Origin: an uncultured Verrucomicrobiae bacterium | GTDB lineage: Bacteria; Verrucomicrobiota; Verrucomicrobiia; Limisphaerales; JAFGQR01 | Direction: 5' to 3' | Assembly (NCBI GenBank): GCA_963788655.1 | Contig: CAWBHS010000059.1 | Span: 1 to 64,000 of the forward strand | DNA length: 64,000 nucleotides | Part shown: positions 32,820 to 43,647 of the stretch, one piece after another | How the letters are laid out: every line of letters begins with the position of its first letter | Position numbering within the stretch: the first letter of the stretch is position 1 | Position numbers and translations under genes: made by a program | Notes under the pieces: model-generated | What the model was told of the DNA's origin: nothing | The model's database searches: none | Seen by the model: only the letters and a program-made list of their open reading frames with translations

Positions 32820-33077
32820 GGCACGCCACCACACCGGATTTCTGGAGGCACTATCGGTTGCTGCCGTCTAACATTCGGCGGTTGGCGCGCAAGAACTACC
32901 GGCTGCTGCGGGAGAATCCCCAGCATCCGAGCCTGCACTTCAAGCCGGTAGGGCCGCATACCTGGTCGGCTCGTGTCGGAATTAAATATCGGGCGTTGGC
33001 GGCCCAGTCCGGGGCGAACTTCATCTGGTTTTGGATTGGGTACTCATGACGAATACGAGCGCTTAATCGGCGGCTGA
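32816..33077 (+). CDS. RelE/ParE-superfamily toxin; frameshift near the C-terminus
   Basis: FW..Y..LP, HPSLHFK, WSARVG..YRAL and WFWIG, with THDEYERL restored by removing one base. Confidence 0.8.
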
Positions 33078-33719
33078 AAGCGGCGCCAACGCCAGCAGGC
33101 CGAAGCCGAACGACTTGGCGGAACCGATGCCGTGGGAAAACGCTTCGAGGAACTTGGCGCGGTCGGACACGGTCAACACGCCTTTGAATTCCATGCCCTG
33201 CAACACGCCGTGCATGGCTTTGGCCGCCGAACCGTTTCCCGGCTTGAAGAAGCGTTCCTTACGCGCCGGATGAATGCGCAGCTTGGCGGTGTCCACTTGG
33301 AAGCCCCCAGCGTCAGCTTTCCGCGCCAGCCAGGCTTCGAGGGCTTCACGCTGCGTCAGCGGCACGCGGACGCCATTCTTTTTGCGCGTGCCATCCGGAA
33401 GATCCACACGCAATTTGCGGGTCGGGTTCGCCCGCAACTGGAAGGCGTATTGGCGGTGATCAAAGAAATCCTCCGGGATCGACTTGGTTTCCCAGGTATC
33501 GGTCGGACACCAATCCGGTCGGGCCGGTGCGTCAGAGGACAACAGCAACAGTTGAAAGCCCCGGTCTTGCACATCCAGGCGCGTGAGAAAATCGCGAGGC
33601 GCATCGTCACGTCCAGGAAATGCTTCCCACACGGCTTGGTGCCAGCGGTAGGCGTCGCGCAGACCGCGTTTGAAGGCCAGTTCGTAATCGACAAAAGCGC
33701 GGGAGAGAAACTGCGTCAT
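33063..33719 (-). CDS. cas6e: Type I-E Cas6 (CasE/Cse3)
   Basis: DAYRWHQAVW, FQLRANPT and the GIGSAKSFGFGLL glycine-rich loop. Confidence 0.95.
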   Translation of the reverse strand: MTQFLSRAFVDYELAFKRGLRDAYRWHQAVWEAFPGRDDAPRDFLTRLDVQDRGFQLLLLSSDAPARPDWCPTDTWETKSIPEDFFDHRQYAFQLRANPTRKLRVDLPDGTRKKNGVRVPLTQREALEAWLARKADAGGFQVDTAKLRIHPARKERFFKPGNGSAAKAMHGVLQGMEFKGVLTVSDRAKFLEAFSHGIGSAKSFGFGLLALAPLSAAD

Positions 33720-34264
33720 GGCGCGACCTCCATTTCCGCAGTGGGCGTTGGCTCGCTCTCGGGCAGTGCGGGCGCGCTCCAATACTCTCTCGCCCATTCC
33801 ACCAGAACCCGTTTTGGATTCGACGCAAACGCGCTCAGGTCATCGAACAACCGGGCATAGTCAATGGCTTTGCCCGAAGCCTTGGCCATTTTGGCGAGGT
33901 GCATGATTTGGTTGCACAAGTCGGGCTGCGTTTCACAGGCGAGCAGACGCCGGAACCGGCGTTCAAACGCCTCTTCACGTCCTTGCGCCAGATGCCGGCA
34001 GGTAACGCCGAAGTTGCCGATTGGCTGATGCTCGGGATGCAGCGCGTATAGCGCGCCGACCGTTTGGTACACCAACCGAAGCTTGGGCTCGAAGGCAAGC
34101 GAGCCGGCCAACGCGCCCAAAGCCGGCCAGGCTTGTGATTCGGTGGTGGGACTCAGCGCCCGGCGCAGTTCCGCCAGGCGGCCGCGATCTTTTTTCTCGG
34201 TCAGCTTAAGCAGCCGTTCGACGAACGACTGGGCCAATGGTGATGGTTCGGATGTTTTTTTCAT
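33716..34264 (-). CDS. cse2: Type I-E small subunit Cas11 (Cse2/CasB)
   Basis: RGRLAELRR, FERRFRRLL, IDYARLFDDL and WAREYW. Confidence 0.9.
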   Translation of the reverse strand: MKKTSEPSPLAQSFVERLLKLTEKKDRGRLAELRRALSPTTESQAWPALGALAGSLAFEPKLRLVYQTVGALYALHPEHQPIGNFGVTCRHLAQGREEAFERRFRRLLACETQPDLCNQIMHLAKMAKASGKAIDYARLFDDLSAFASNPKRVLVEWAREYWSAPALPESEPTPTAEMEVAP

Positions 34265-35689
34265 GTAGATTCCTTGGGGGGTTTTGGCGGACGAAGTTTG
34301 CGCAGTCCGACGGCAAAAGCTTGAATCTGGCGGGGTGTTTCCCGGGCACACGCATATTGATAGGCTTCATGAGCAGCCCGGCGAACCGAACGTGTCCAAT
34401 CGACATCGGCTTGCCAAAAGTCTTTACCCTCCAGCAGTGCGACATTCTGGATCACTGCCATGAGCTCGGGCCAGTGCTGGTCCAACGCGTTCCAGTAATG
34501 GCGTTCGGCCCGAGCTCGATCCGGCGGAGCTTTCAACACGGCGGCACAGTCGCTGACCGCTTTGCCCAAGCGGTCACGCCAGGCATTGGCCAATTCGACG
34601 CCCCGTTCGTAAATGGGCTGCCGGTCTTCTAAAAGCAGTTCGCGCGGCACGTCGTAAACCGCTTCCACCGTGTCTTCGTATTTACCTTTGCCGTCGGTCA
34701 CGAGCGCGCCGAGCCAGATCCGTTGGAAGGGCGCGGGGTCAGGTCGCTGGAGAGGCAGCGGCCGGTTGCCTTTCAAATGCTGCCGCGCTTCCACGACATG
34801 CTGCAAGTCCCGCCAGGGTTGCTTGTTCAAGTCCGCGCGCAGGAGGTAGCGTTCCTCTTTGTCCTTTTTGGAAATGGTGAGCACCGTTGCTGCCGCTTCG
34901 CGGTATTCCTCGAACATTGGATGCGAAATGCCAGGCTTGGCCATTTCAAAGAAGAGCCCGTTCTCGTTCAGCCAAATCTGTCGGGTGACCGGGACCAATC
35001 GTCCAAGGAAACTCAACGTGACATTGTGGACGAAGTCTTTGTCATCGAAATCGATGGGAGCTTCCCACACGGGACGGCCAAATCCCTGCGGAAAAACTCG
35101 GCCAGCGGTTTCACGGTCCACCCCGTTGGCGAGGATGCTGTGCAGCAGGCTGTCACCCACGAGCCACGTTTGGAGAAAATGGCGGTCAAGGCACGGTGAC
35201 TTGCCAGTGTAACCTGCGCCAATGCTGGCGGACATGTTTTGAAAACTCAGCAACGCCAGCGCAAACTCGGCAGGTTCCAAATGCCGCGCCCCGCCGCCTT
35301 CGTGGTCAAACAGGGTAGGATTGTTCCCGCTGGCGCGATGGAACAGCATTTTGCTGGCTTCGAACTCGGACATGGCAGTGGCGCGGCACTGCAAGAACCG
35401 CGGCCCCGAGCCGAACAGTTCGAAAGCCGAGCGCCATTTCTCAAGATATGCCGCCGCCGCTTGCGGCAATTTATCCGCAGCTTCGTCCCAGCCCCATTCA
35501 TCGGCGGGGCCGTCCAAGGCTCGCTTGTGCCACGCAGACGAGCAGACGCATCAAGGCTATGCGTTCGTGCGGACGCACGGCCAGGTCGGCAATCCGGTCG
35601 CCCTCGCGAAACACGTCAGCGAGACTGATCAGACGGTTGGTTCCGTCGCGATAGGTGACTGGGATCCAAAGATCAAAACCAAGATTCAT
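34261..35689 (-). CDS. cas8e: Type I-E large subunit Cas8e (Cse1/CasA); frameshift near 35520
   Basis: MNL..D.WIPV, RLL, FELF..GPRFLQ and SGNNPTLFDH; located directly after cas3. Confidence 0.9.
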
Positions 35690-38282
35690 CGTCTTCTTCT
35701 TTCCATGCAGGTTCAGTTGGTTTGGCCACCCGAGCGATTTTCACTCCGGTGCTGGTTTGGTATTCGAGCGCAAAAGCCGGATCGCTGGCGGGAATGGAGA
35801 TGGCGCCGTCGTCAGGGTCGAGCACCCCAAAGACTGCCGTGCCTTTGAAATGCAGGCGAAGCCAGTCAGGTTGCGCCTCGGTCCCTAAAGCCGAACGGAT
35901 GGCGTAGAGCGGTAGCCGCACCGAATTACGGTGAATGGCCGCTGCCACCGGGAATCGCCATTCAAATGAACTGGCGGCAAGCGATTCACCATTAAGGAAA
36001 CGAAGGGCAACGTCGCCGTGGTTGGTGGGTTCCGGCGCCGCCGTCAGCAGCAGCAGGTTGCCGCTGGGAAAATCGTCCCACCGCGTTTGCACGCCTTCCT
36101 CGTCGCGAAGTTGAATGTTTTCGAAGATGTTGGTTCGGCTTACCGCCTTGTTTCGCATGGCAGCAATTTGTTTGGCCAATTCGCGGCGAAATGAAATCCA
36201 GCCGGGTGGTTCATCGTTTTCATTTTGCTCCGCATACGTCGCCTCCAATAGCGCGCGTATGTCATTCGGCAGCTTTACCGCTTGCCGGTGCTGCCACACC
36301 TCGAGCGAACGCAGCAGCACATAAGGCGCATAAACGCGCGCCGACTTGCCCAAGGCTGCTTTGATGGTTTTGGCTTCAGCCGTGACCGGAAACTCTGGGC
36401 GCAGAATCCACACTTCCGGATGGCTGCGAGGACGTTGTTCCCGCGGATGCCGCCACAGTCTGCCCAGGCGTTGCAGCAGCATGTCCGTCGGCGCGAGGTC
36501 GGTAATCAACAAGTCGGCATCAATGTCCACGCTTTGTTCCACGACCTGCGTGGCCACGAGAACGCAGCCGCGCGGGCGAGCGGCATTACCCTTTCTCAGC
36601 GCTGCCATCCATTTCGTTTCCTGCTGCTCGCGTTGGAACTGAGGGAAACGGCTGTGCAACAATCCGATTTCCGGGCCACCTTCGCGCCGGGTTCCGTTCA
36701 ATTGCTCGTAAAGCGTCTGCGCTTCGGCGACAGTATTCTTGATTAACAGCACACAAGCCCCGGCCTCGGCGGCGGCGCAGATGGGTTCCAGCAGTTCCGC
36801 ATTCTCTTGCGGACGGCAAGAAACCTGAACGGTGCGATGTGAGTCTCTGGAGGTTTCCGCAGAATGTGATTCAACTTCTCCTCGTTCGTTCACCAGGCTG
36901 ACCAACGGGTAGGCATCCGTTGGCGACACGGATTTGGCACCGGCGAGCGCCAGCAGTTCCGTTCGTCGTTGAGCCGTGAGCGTGGCGGATAATATGATGA
37001 CTGTGCATCGCAAGGCCAGCAGCCGCTCAATCAGCCTATCCATGACCGAACCGGTGTAAGCATCGTAGGAATGAACCTCGTCGAGAATGACGACCTTGCC
37101 CGCCAAGCCAAACAATCGAACGGCCAGATATTTGGCTGCCACGGCTCCCAGCAGCGCCTGGTCAATGGTCCCGACTCCGTAGCGGGCCAGCAGTGCCTGT
37201 CGCGAAGACGCAAACCAGGAACGGCCTTGCTCAGCATGCTCATTGGCCTCGGCATCCGCTGCGGCCGGCAACAGCCGAATTTGCAAGTCTTGCTGGAGCC
37301 AGGAATTGGCGTGCGCCAGGGGATGGTCGGTTTCCTCGGCCAGCGCGTTGCGAAGGAAAGCCTCCACGCGCTCGTGGATGCGATTGCTCGTCAATTGCGT
37401 CGGCAGCGCGAAATACACGCCATGGTTTTGGCCGTTCGCAATCAACCGATAGGCAGCGGCCAAGGCGGCTTCCGTTTTTCCGCAACCCATCGGCGCTTCG
37501 ATTATGTAAAGGCCGGGTTGTCGGATGGTCTCCAGGCACACCTGCTGGAGCGAATTGGCCTCAAACCGCGGAGAATCGCCATCCGCAAAGAGTTCTCCGA
37601 ACTCCACTCCCAAACGCAATGCACCTTTGCCCCAGCGAATGGTCCGCAGCGCCGACTCGGCGAGCTTGGCGGATTTCTCCGGTGTGTAAGTCGTCCCGAG
37701 CGGGAAGAAGAATTCGTTGGATCCCAACCAATCGCTCACGGTGATCCACCCGGCTACCAGCAGCAATTGCTCGTCAGATTCGGGAGGCAACTCGGGCAAC
37801 GATCCGAATAGGCCCGTCAACCAAGTGAACAACTTTTCTCGCTCTGGTTGGAGCCCGGTTGCTTCGATTTCCTTCCGGCCAACAGGGCCTTGCCCCAGAA
37901 ACCGTCCGTGGTGACCGCCCACCGCCACGGCCCAATTTTGAATTTTGCCGCGAGGAAGCTTCCTGACGAAGAAGTTCTGGCTGACGGCGGCATGGTTGCT
38001 TTCCGAAAACTGCCAACCCGACGCAATCGCTTCCTCCGCCAGCCCATTTTCCACCAGCCAGTCCGGGCATTTGCGCAAGAACCCAACCGTGATTTTTCCT
38101 ATGTCGTGGCCGGCGGCAAGAATGGAGCATCCCGGCGGCAGTATCCGCCTTACAGATTCTGGCAAGCAGGAGCGTATCGCCTCCCCCACGCACCCCACAT
38201 TGAGACAGTGATCCTGCACGCTGAGGCCGGGCTTGCCGTCTGGCGTGGTTTTCGCCCAAAAATGAATTCCTTCCCAGTTCAT
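35673..38282 (-). CDS. cas3: Cas3 HD nuclease-helicase
   Basis: WAKT, H..V, HDIGK, HHG, SDWLGS, APMGCGKTE, DEVH, SAT, HSRF, ATQVVEQS and QRLGRLWRH. Confidence 0.98.
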   Translation of the reverse strand: MNWEGIHFWAKTTPDGKPGLSVQDHCLNVGCVGEAIRSCLPESVRRILPPGCSILAAGHDIGKITVGFLRKCPDWLVENGLAEEAIASGWQFSESNHAAVSQNFFVRKLPRGKIQNWAVAVGGHHGRFLGQGPVGRKEIEATGLQPEREKLFTWLTGLFGSLPELPPESDEQLLLVAGWITVSDWLGSNEFFFPLGTTYTPEKSAKLAESALRTIRWGKGALRLGVEFGELFADGDSPRFEANSLQQVCLETIRQPGLYIIEAPMGCGKTEAALAAAYRLIANGQNHGVYFALPTQLTSNRIHERVEAFLRNALAEETDHPLAHANSWLQQDLQIRLLPAAADAEANEHAEQGRSWFASSRQALLARYGVGTIDQALLGAVAAKYLAVRLFGLAGKVVILDEVHSYDAYTGSVMDRLIERLLALRCTVIILSATLTAQRRTELLALAGAKSVSPTDAYPLVSLVNERGEVESHSAETSRDSHRTVQVSCRPQENAELLEPICAAAEAGACVLLIKNTVAEAQTLYEQLNGTRREGGPEIGLLHSRFPQFQREQQETKWMAALRKGNAARPRGCVLVATQVVEQSVDIDADLLITDLAPTDMLLQRLGRLWRHPREQRPRSHPEVWILRPEFPVTAEAKTIKAALGKSARVYAPYVLLRSLEVWQHRQAVKLPNDIRALLEATYAEQNENDEPPGWISFRRELAKQIAAMRNKAVSRTNIFENIQLRDEEGVQTRWDDFPSGNLLLLTAAPEPTNHGDVALRFLNGESLAASSFEWRFPVAAAIHRNSVRLPLYAIRSALGTEAQPDWLRLHFKGTAVFGVLDPDDGAISIPASDPAFALEYQTSTGVKIARVAKPTEPAWKEEDDESWF

Positions 38283-38429
38283 TGCTCCTGGATGAAGGGA
38301 AGGTTATGCCGGAGACCGCTTCCGGTTCAATATAAAAACCGGCAACGGGATTAGCGCCAGTTGGCGTCGCGTTAACAAGCCAACAACCGGCCCTGGTTTC
38401 CAACCGGTGCTCAAGCCATTCGAATGCTC

Positions 38430-38795
38430 CAGACTGGTTGGCGAGGCGTCAACCACTGCGCCCGGGGCGGGCGCGCTCCCTACTGGATTGTTGCTTTGTC
38501 CTCGACGAAATCGGGAGCAAGCTCCGGCACCGTTCACGCATTCGTCTCTGCGATTGGCGGCGGCTGACAGCGGCGCTTGCGGATGCCGCCAGCATGGAGT
38601 GCGTGCGGGGCTCCGCCGCTTTCGAACCTCACGTGCGAGCCGAGACCAACCGCCGCGTCCGATAACCTTGTCCCGTCGCTCTGGATGCGAAAGCGCCGGC
38701 AAGCCGGACGCACTCCAAACGCTGGCGCGATCTTGGCAAGGCCCCGAACTTCGCGAAGCGCTTGGAGTGCGTGGGGCTTGCTCCCGCTTTCGTTG
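38430..38795. repeat. Mosaic of REP-like palindromes
   Basis: ggttggcgaggcg..gcgcccggggcgggcgcgctccc recurs in 43790-44560 and near 47790. gcgccggcaagccgg.cgcactccaaacgctggcgcga and ggagtgcgtgg.gcttgctcccgctttcg recur in 41630-41775. Confidence 0.75.
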
Positions 38796-39098
38796 TTGGC
38801 GAGGCGTCCTAAGTTCTGGACGGATCCGGAGTCGGCCAACGCCCAGCGGGCTAAAAGTCCGCGCTACCCCAAACCGCGACGCATCCGAGCACGAAGCCTG
38901 GCGCAACGGAGCAGTGTTTCCGCCACCGATCTTCATCCACCCTTTCACTTCGTCATCCAGCATCCGGTATCGGGCATCCTTCGCCCCGTAACCTTATGCT
39001 TGAATTCGGACACCACCCGCGGATTAATCTCAATTCATGACCGCCGTGCATTGCCACCAATCGGAACTCATTCCGAATGCCTCAACCCAAGTGCAACC

Positions 39099-41585
39099 AT
39101 GAAACATCTCGTTCTCTGCTTCGCCGGACTGTTCAGCCTGGGCTTGCTCGCGTTTCCTTTGTTGGCTGCGGACGAAATCCCGGCCCATCGCGCCAAGCAG
39201 ATTTATGACGCCGCGCCGGCGAAAGCGCGCGTCGCTCCCCAACAAGCACGCCGGGTGCTCATCTGGATCACGCCGGTCCACCTGATGCCCAAAGACCCGC
39301 ACAAGGGCTATTGCATTCCTTACGGCACCTGCGCGATGGAGACGTTGGGCAAGAAGACCGGCGCCTTCGAACCGGTGGTCAGCGACGACCTCGCCATGTT
39401 CCTGCCGGAAACCATCCGCCAGTTCGACGCGATGGTGATGAACAACAGCTCCGGCTCCTGGATCACGCCCACTGATGACGACCTGGCCAAAGAGAGCTTT
39501 CGCCAACAGGGCGCCGACCAGGCCGCAGTGGAACAAGTGCTGCGGAAGAGCCTGTTGGATTATGTGCGGAACGGCGGCGGCATTGTGGCCTACCACTATG
39601 CCATCGGGGCCAACCGGCAATGGCCTGAGTTTCACGAACTGCTGGGCGGCACGTTCATCGGGCATCCGTGGAATGAGGAAGTGGGCGTCACCGTCGAAGA
39701 ACCGGACCATCCGCTGGTGGCCGCATTCGGGGGAAAAGATTTTCGGCTGGCCGACGAAATTTTCCATTTTGGCGATCCGTACAATCGCGCAAGGCAACGC
39801 GTGCTCCTGTCGCTTGATCCGGAGCGCACCAACATGGGCGTGAAATGGATCGATCGCACGGACAACGATTTCGCGTTGGCCTGGGTAAAGTCGTACGGCA
39901 AAGGCCGCGTTTTCTACACGTCGTTTGGCCATCGGACGGAACTCTATTGGAACCCGATGATTCTCCAGTTCTATCTCGACGCCATTCAATTTGCGACCGG
40001 CGACCTGCCCGCGCCCACGGCGCCGCGCCCGGGCCGTCCGATCAAGCGCGCACCGGGGCCGACGCCGCCGGAAATTCGGGCCGCGAAAATGAAGGCGAAA
40101 AACATCACCGAACCAACCACCGAGCAGCGGCAACTAATCGAAGCCGCCGCGCCCGCCACTGCGCCAGCGCGCCCGGCCAAGCCGCGAAGGGTTTTGGTGT
40201 GGGGCCACCGTTGGACGCACGAGCCCAATCCATTTGCCGAAGCCGCCTTGACCATCCTGGGCCAGAAAACCGGCGCCTTCGAAACCACGATCAGCGACGA
40301 TCCCCGGCTGTTGCTGGGCGACCGGTTGCCGCGATTTGATGCGCTGGTGATGAACAACCTGCACGAACGCGATCCGTGGTTGCCGGAGAATTTCACCACG
40401 CTTCCGACCGAACAACAAACGGCGGCGACGCAGTTCGATGCAGCGGTAAAGCAGAGCATTCTGGACTACGCGCGCAGCGGCAAAGGCATTGTGGGCCTGC
40501 ACGCCGCCATCGCCGCCTTGCCGGACTGGCCCGAATACGGCGAGATGATGGGTGCCTATTATGGTGGGCATCTGTTCGCGGAGGTGCCGATCAAACTCGA
40601 TGATCCGGCGCATCCGGTGAATGCCGGTTTCCGCGGTCAACCGTGGCGCATCAAGGACGAGATTTACATTCCCCGCGCGCCGTATTCGCGCCAGAACCTG
40701 CGCGTCTTGCAGAGTCTGGATTTAAGTCGAATGGCTGATCCGGGCAAGCGCGCGGACCAAGATTATCCGGTATCTTGGGTTCGGCAATTCGGCCAGGGGC
40801 GGGTCTTTTACACCACGCTTGGGCACGCCACCGAAACCTACGCGAATCCGCTGTTCCTCGAGCACCTGTTGGCCGGAATCCAATTCGCCATCGGTGACTT
40901 GCCGGGCGAAACGGCACCGTTGTCCGCCGGCAACCCGGACGCCGAACCCGGCTTCGTCCGCATCTTCAATGGTAAAGATTTAGGCGGATGGGACGGCGAC
41001 CGGGCGATATGGTCAGTTCGTAACGGAGCGATTACCGGTCAAACCACCGCCGAAGCGCGCGTCCGGGAAAACAACTTCCTCATTTGGCAGGGCGGGCAAC
41101 CGGCGGACTTTGAGTTGCGTCTCAAATTCAAGCTGGTTGGCGGCAATTCCGGCATTTACTTCCACTCGGAGAAACGCGCGCCGGGCGCCCAAGGCGAAGC
41201 GCTGGTGGGGCCGCAGGCTGACTTCTCCGCCGACCACCGTTGGACCGGCGTGCTCATGGAATACACCAAGCGCGATATCCTCGCCGAACGCGGCCAGCGG
41301 GTGGAGATTGACGCGCATGGCAAGAAACACATCATCGGCTCGGTGGGCGATCCGGCGGAATTGCTGAAGGCGGTCAAGGATGAAGCTTGGAATGATTACA
41401 CCGTTATCGTCCGCCAGGGATTGGTGAAGCTGCAAATCAACGGCGTCACCATGTGCGAAGTGACGGACAACGATCCACGCCGCACGCCCGCCGGTTACCT
41501 GGCGTTGCAAGTTCACGTCGGTCCGCCAATGACCGTTCAGTTCAAGGACATTCGGATCAAGCTGTTCTCAGAAAGTCGGCGCTGA
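39099..41585 (+). CDS. Secreted protein with two ThuA-like domains and a DUF1080 (3-keto-disaccharide hydrolase-like) domain
   Basis: Two copies of GGGIVxxH...DEI..WV..YGKGRVFY..GH, then IFNGKDLGGW..NSGI..WNDY..GYLALQVH. Confidence 0.88.
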   Translation: MKHLVLCFAGLFSLGLLAFPLLAADEIPAHRAKQIYDAAPAKARVAPQQARRVLIWITPVHLMPKDPHKGYCIPYGTCAMETLGKKTGAFEPVVSDDLAMFLPETIRQFDAMVMNNSSGSWITPTDDDLAKESFRQQGADQAAVEQVLRKSLLDYVRNGGGIVAYHYAIGANRQWPEFHELLGGTFIGHPWNEEVGVTVEEPDHPLVAAFGGKDFRLADEIFHFGDPYNRARQRVLLSLDPERTNMGVKWIDRTDNDFALAWVKSYGKGRVFYTSFGHRTELYWNPMILQFYLDAIQFATGDLPAPTAPRPGRPIKRAPGPTPPEIRAAKMKAKNITEPTTEQRQLIEAAAPATAPARPAKPRRVLVWGHRWTHEPNPFAEAALTILGQKTGAFETTISDDPRLLLGDRLPRFDALVMNNLHERDPWLPENFTTLPTEQQTAATQFDAAVKQSILDYARSGKGIVGLHAAIAALPDWPEYGEMMGAYYGGHLFAEVPIKLDDPAHPVNAGFRGQPWRIKDEIYIPRAPYSRQNLRVLQSLDLSRMADPGKRADQDYPVSWVRQFGQGRVFYTTLGHATETYANPLFLEHLLAGIQFAIGDLPGETAPLSAGNPDAEPGFVRIFNGKDLGGWDGDRAIWSVRNGAITGQTTAEARVRENNFLIWQGGQPADFELRLKFKLVGGNSGIYFHSEKRAPGAQGEALVGPQADFSADHRWTGVLMEYTKRDILAERGQRVEIDAHGKKHIIGSVGDPAELLKAVKDEAWNDYTVIVRQGLVKLQINGVTMCEVTDNDPRRTPAGYLALQVHVGPPMTVQFKDIRIKLFSESRR

Positions 41586-41909
41586 TACTGGATGCCGGAT
41601 TCCGGATACCAAGATCCACCGCATGTCGCGCCAGCATTGGGAGTGCGTGGAGCTTGCTCCCGCTTTCGCATGGGGTGGGACGTGCAAAGACCGGAGCAGC
41701 GCACTCAAGAGTCTGATCGTTGTTTCCTTTCGAAAGCGCCGGCAAGCCGGTCGCACTCCAAACGCTGGCGCGACTGGCGGCAGGTTTGTCTTAACGTTAG
41801 GCGCTTGGCTTTGTTCAAACCCTCCGTTCCAAACTCCCGGCAAGATGCCGGCAGCACGCTGGCGCGACTGACTGCCAGCCGTTCCCAAACCAGGCCAATC
41901 CCCGGCTGA

Positions 41910-42396
41910 TCATCCCCGGTTCAAGGTCCAGATCGCCGCGTTGAGGGCAGCGGCGAAGGTCACCCAACCGAGGTACGGCGCCATCAGCCAAGCGGCCAGA
42001 CCATCGATGCGTTCGAAGGCCCTGGTGGTGGCAACGATTGCCAACCATAGACACACCAATTCCGCAAACGCCCAGCCCGGCTGATGAAGCCCGAAGAACA
42101 GGAATGTCCACCCGGCATTCAACAACAATTGCAGGAGGAAGAGCCCGAGCGGACGCCACGCCGGCAGAAAGCCTTTGCGTCTCCAAACCCGCCAGGCGGC
42201 GATGGCCATCATCACGTAGAGGGCGGTCCACACGGGCGCAAAAATCCAGTTCGGTGGATTCCACGCCGGCTTGCGCAGTTGCGCGTACCCACTCCCCCGG
42301 CGGGAACAACGCGCCTCCCAGCGAGGCGGCGAAACAAAGCGCCAACCAGACCATCAGGCCAACGACATTCCGGGTGCGCCGCTTCGATTTACTCAC
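41910..42396 (-). CDS. tspO: TspO/MBR tryptophan-rich sensory protein; frameshift near 42290
   Basis: PGEW, LRKPAWNPPNWIFAPVWTALY, LNAGWTFLFFG and PYLGWVTFAAALN. Confidence 0.9.
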
Positions 42397-42578
42397 AATA
42401 GAACTTGGGAGGTCACGAGTTCACCATCGAACGCAGCCCGTCTGCTGCCGGCATCTGGGAGCGAGATTCAAAAGTCCTGAAGTTGGTAGCCACCGACGTA
42501 AGGAGGTGGATCTTTCAGGTGTTTGACGCGGGCATCTCCGCCTCTTCACGGCGGCGGCGACACTCACTCAACGAGCCC

Positions 42579-43463
42579 TCAGACATCACATATCCGCATC
42601 ATCTTATCCAAAGTCTCCAGCGGTTCGCGCGTGGGTGTGTATTCGTGCGCGAGGTAGCCTTGATAGCCCAGGTCCACGATGGCCGTGCAAATCCCCACGT
42701 AGTTCAGTTCCTGGGTGTCATCGAACTCATGGCGTCCGGGATTGCCCGCCGTGTGGAAGTGGCCAATGTATTGGATGTGGTTGCGGATGGTCCGGATGAC
42801 GTCGCCTTCCATGATCTGCATGTGATAAATGTCATACAACAGTTTCACCCGCGGCGAATTGACCCGCTTGCAGACTTCGACGCCCCAGGCCGTGGAATCG
42901 CACATGTAACCCGGATGATTGACTTTGCTGTTCAACAATTCCATGCAGATCGTCACCCCCAGGTCTTCCGCCTGCTGCTTGATGTTGTTTAAAAAGAGCA
43001 CGCTATTGTCCAGGCCCGCTTCGTCGGTAAGTCCCTTCCGGTCACCCGCCAACACAATCACATTGGGCGCGCCGGCATCCGCGGCGGCTTTCAGGAAATC
43101 CCGCATCTTGCGGTCAATGGACGCGTGGTTGTTCTGGTCGTTGATGCCCTGTTTGATGCCGCTGCCGCCGGGAACCATCGTCGGCACCAGGCCATACTTT
43201 TTGAGCACCGGAAACGTGTCCGGCCCTACCAGGTCAATTCCCTGGGCGCCCCATCGCGCCGCCTCGCGACACGTTCCCTCCAGATCCAGTTTGACCCCCC
43301 GAAAGACACCGCGACAGACGGCCTGCTTGAGCCGGCCTTTGCGGGTGACTTTTTCGGAAGCGGCCAGTCCGGTTGCAGGGCGGAGGGCGGCCAGGGCGCT
43401 GACGCCCGCAACGGTGGTTAAGAAATCCCGGCGATGAATTCGTGAAATTGTACTTGTTGCCAT
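42579..43463 (-). CDS. Tat-exported hydroxypyruvate isomerase-like TIM-barrel protein
   Basis: RRDFL Tat motif; ELLNSKVNH, LLYDIYHMQIMEGD and HTAGNPGRHE. Confidence 0.9.
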   Translation of the reverse strand: MATSTISRIHRRDFLTTVAGVSALAALRPATGLAASEKVTRKGRLKQAVCRGVFRGVKLDLEGTCREAARWGAQGIDLVGPDTFPVLKKYGLVPTMVPGGSGIKQGINDQNNHASIDRKMRDFLKAAADAGAPNVIVLAGDRKGLTDEAGLDNSVLFLNNIKQQAEDLGVTICMELLNSKVNHPGYMCDSTAWGVEVCKRVNSPRVKLLYDIYHMQIMEGDVIRTIRNHIQYIGHFHTAGNPGRHEFDDTQELNYVGICTAIVDLGYQGYLAHEYTPTREPLETLDKMMRICDV

Positions 43464-43647
43464 GTCTGGAGAATAGTGAGGCGAATTCCCCGGCGGCAAG
43501 TCTGCAAAATGGGTATTTGTCGAGGCATTGACAATGCGTCAGGATGCTTTGGCACGAAAGCCAACAATCTTCGTTGATGCGAGCGATTACCGACGACCGA
43601 AAATCGAAATATGGCCGCGTCCTCTCGTTCAAGACCCACGTTCCAAA

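Noticed and set aside
38577..39098. 174-aa N-terminal extension of the ThuA protein
   Set aside because: It runs through REP mosaics; the signal peptide begins at 39099.
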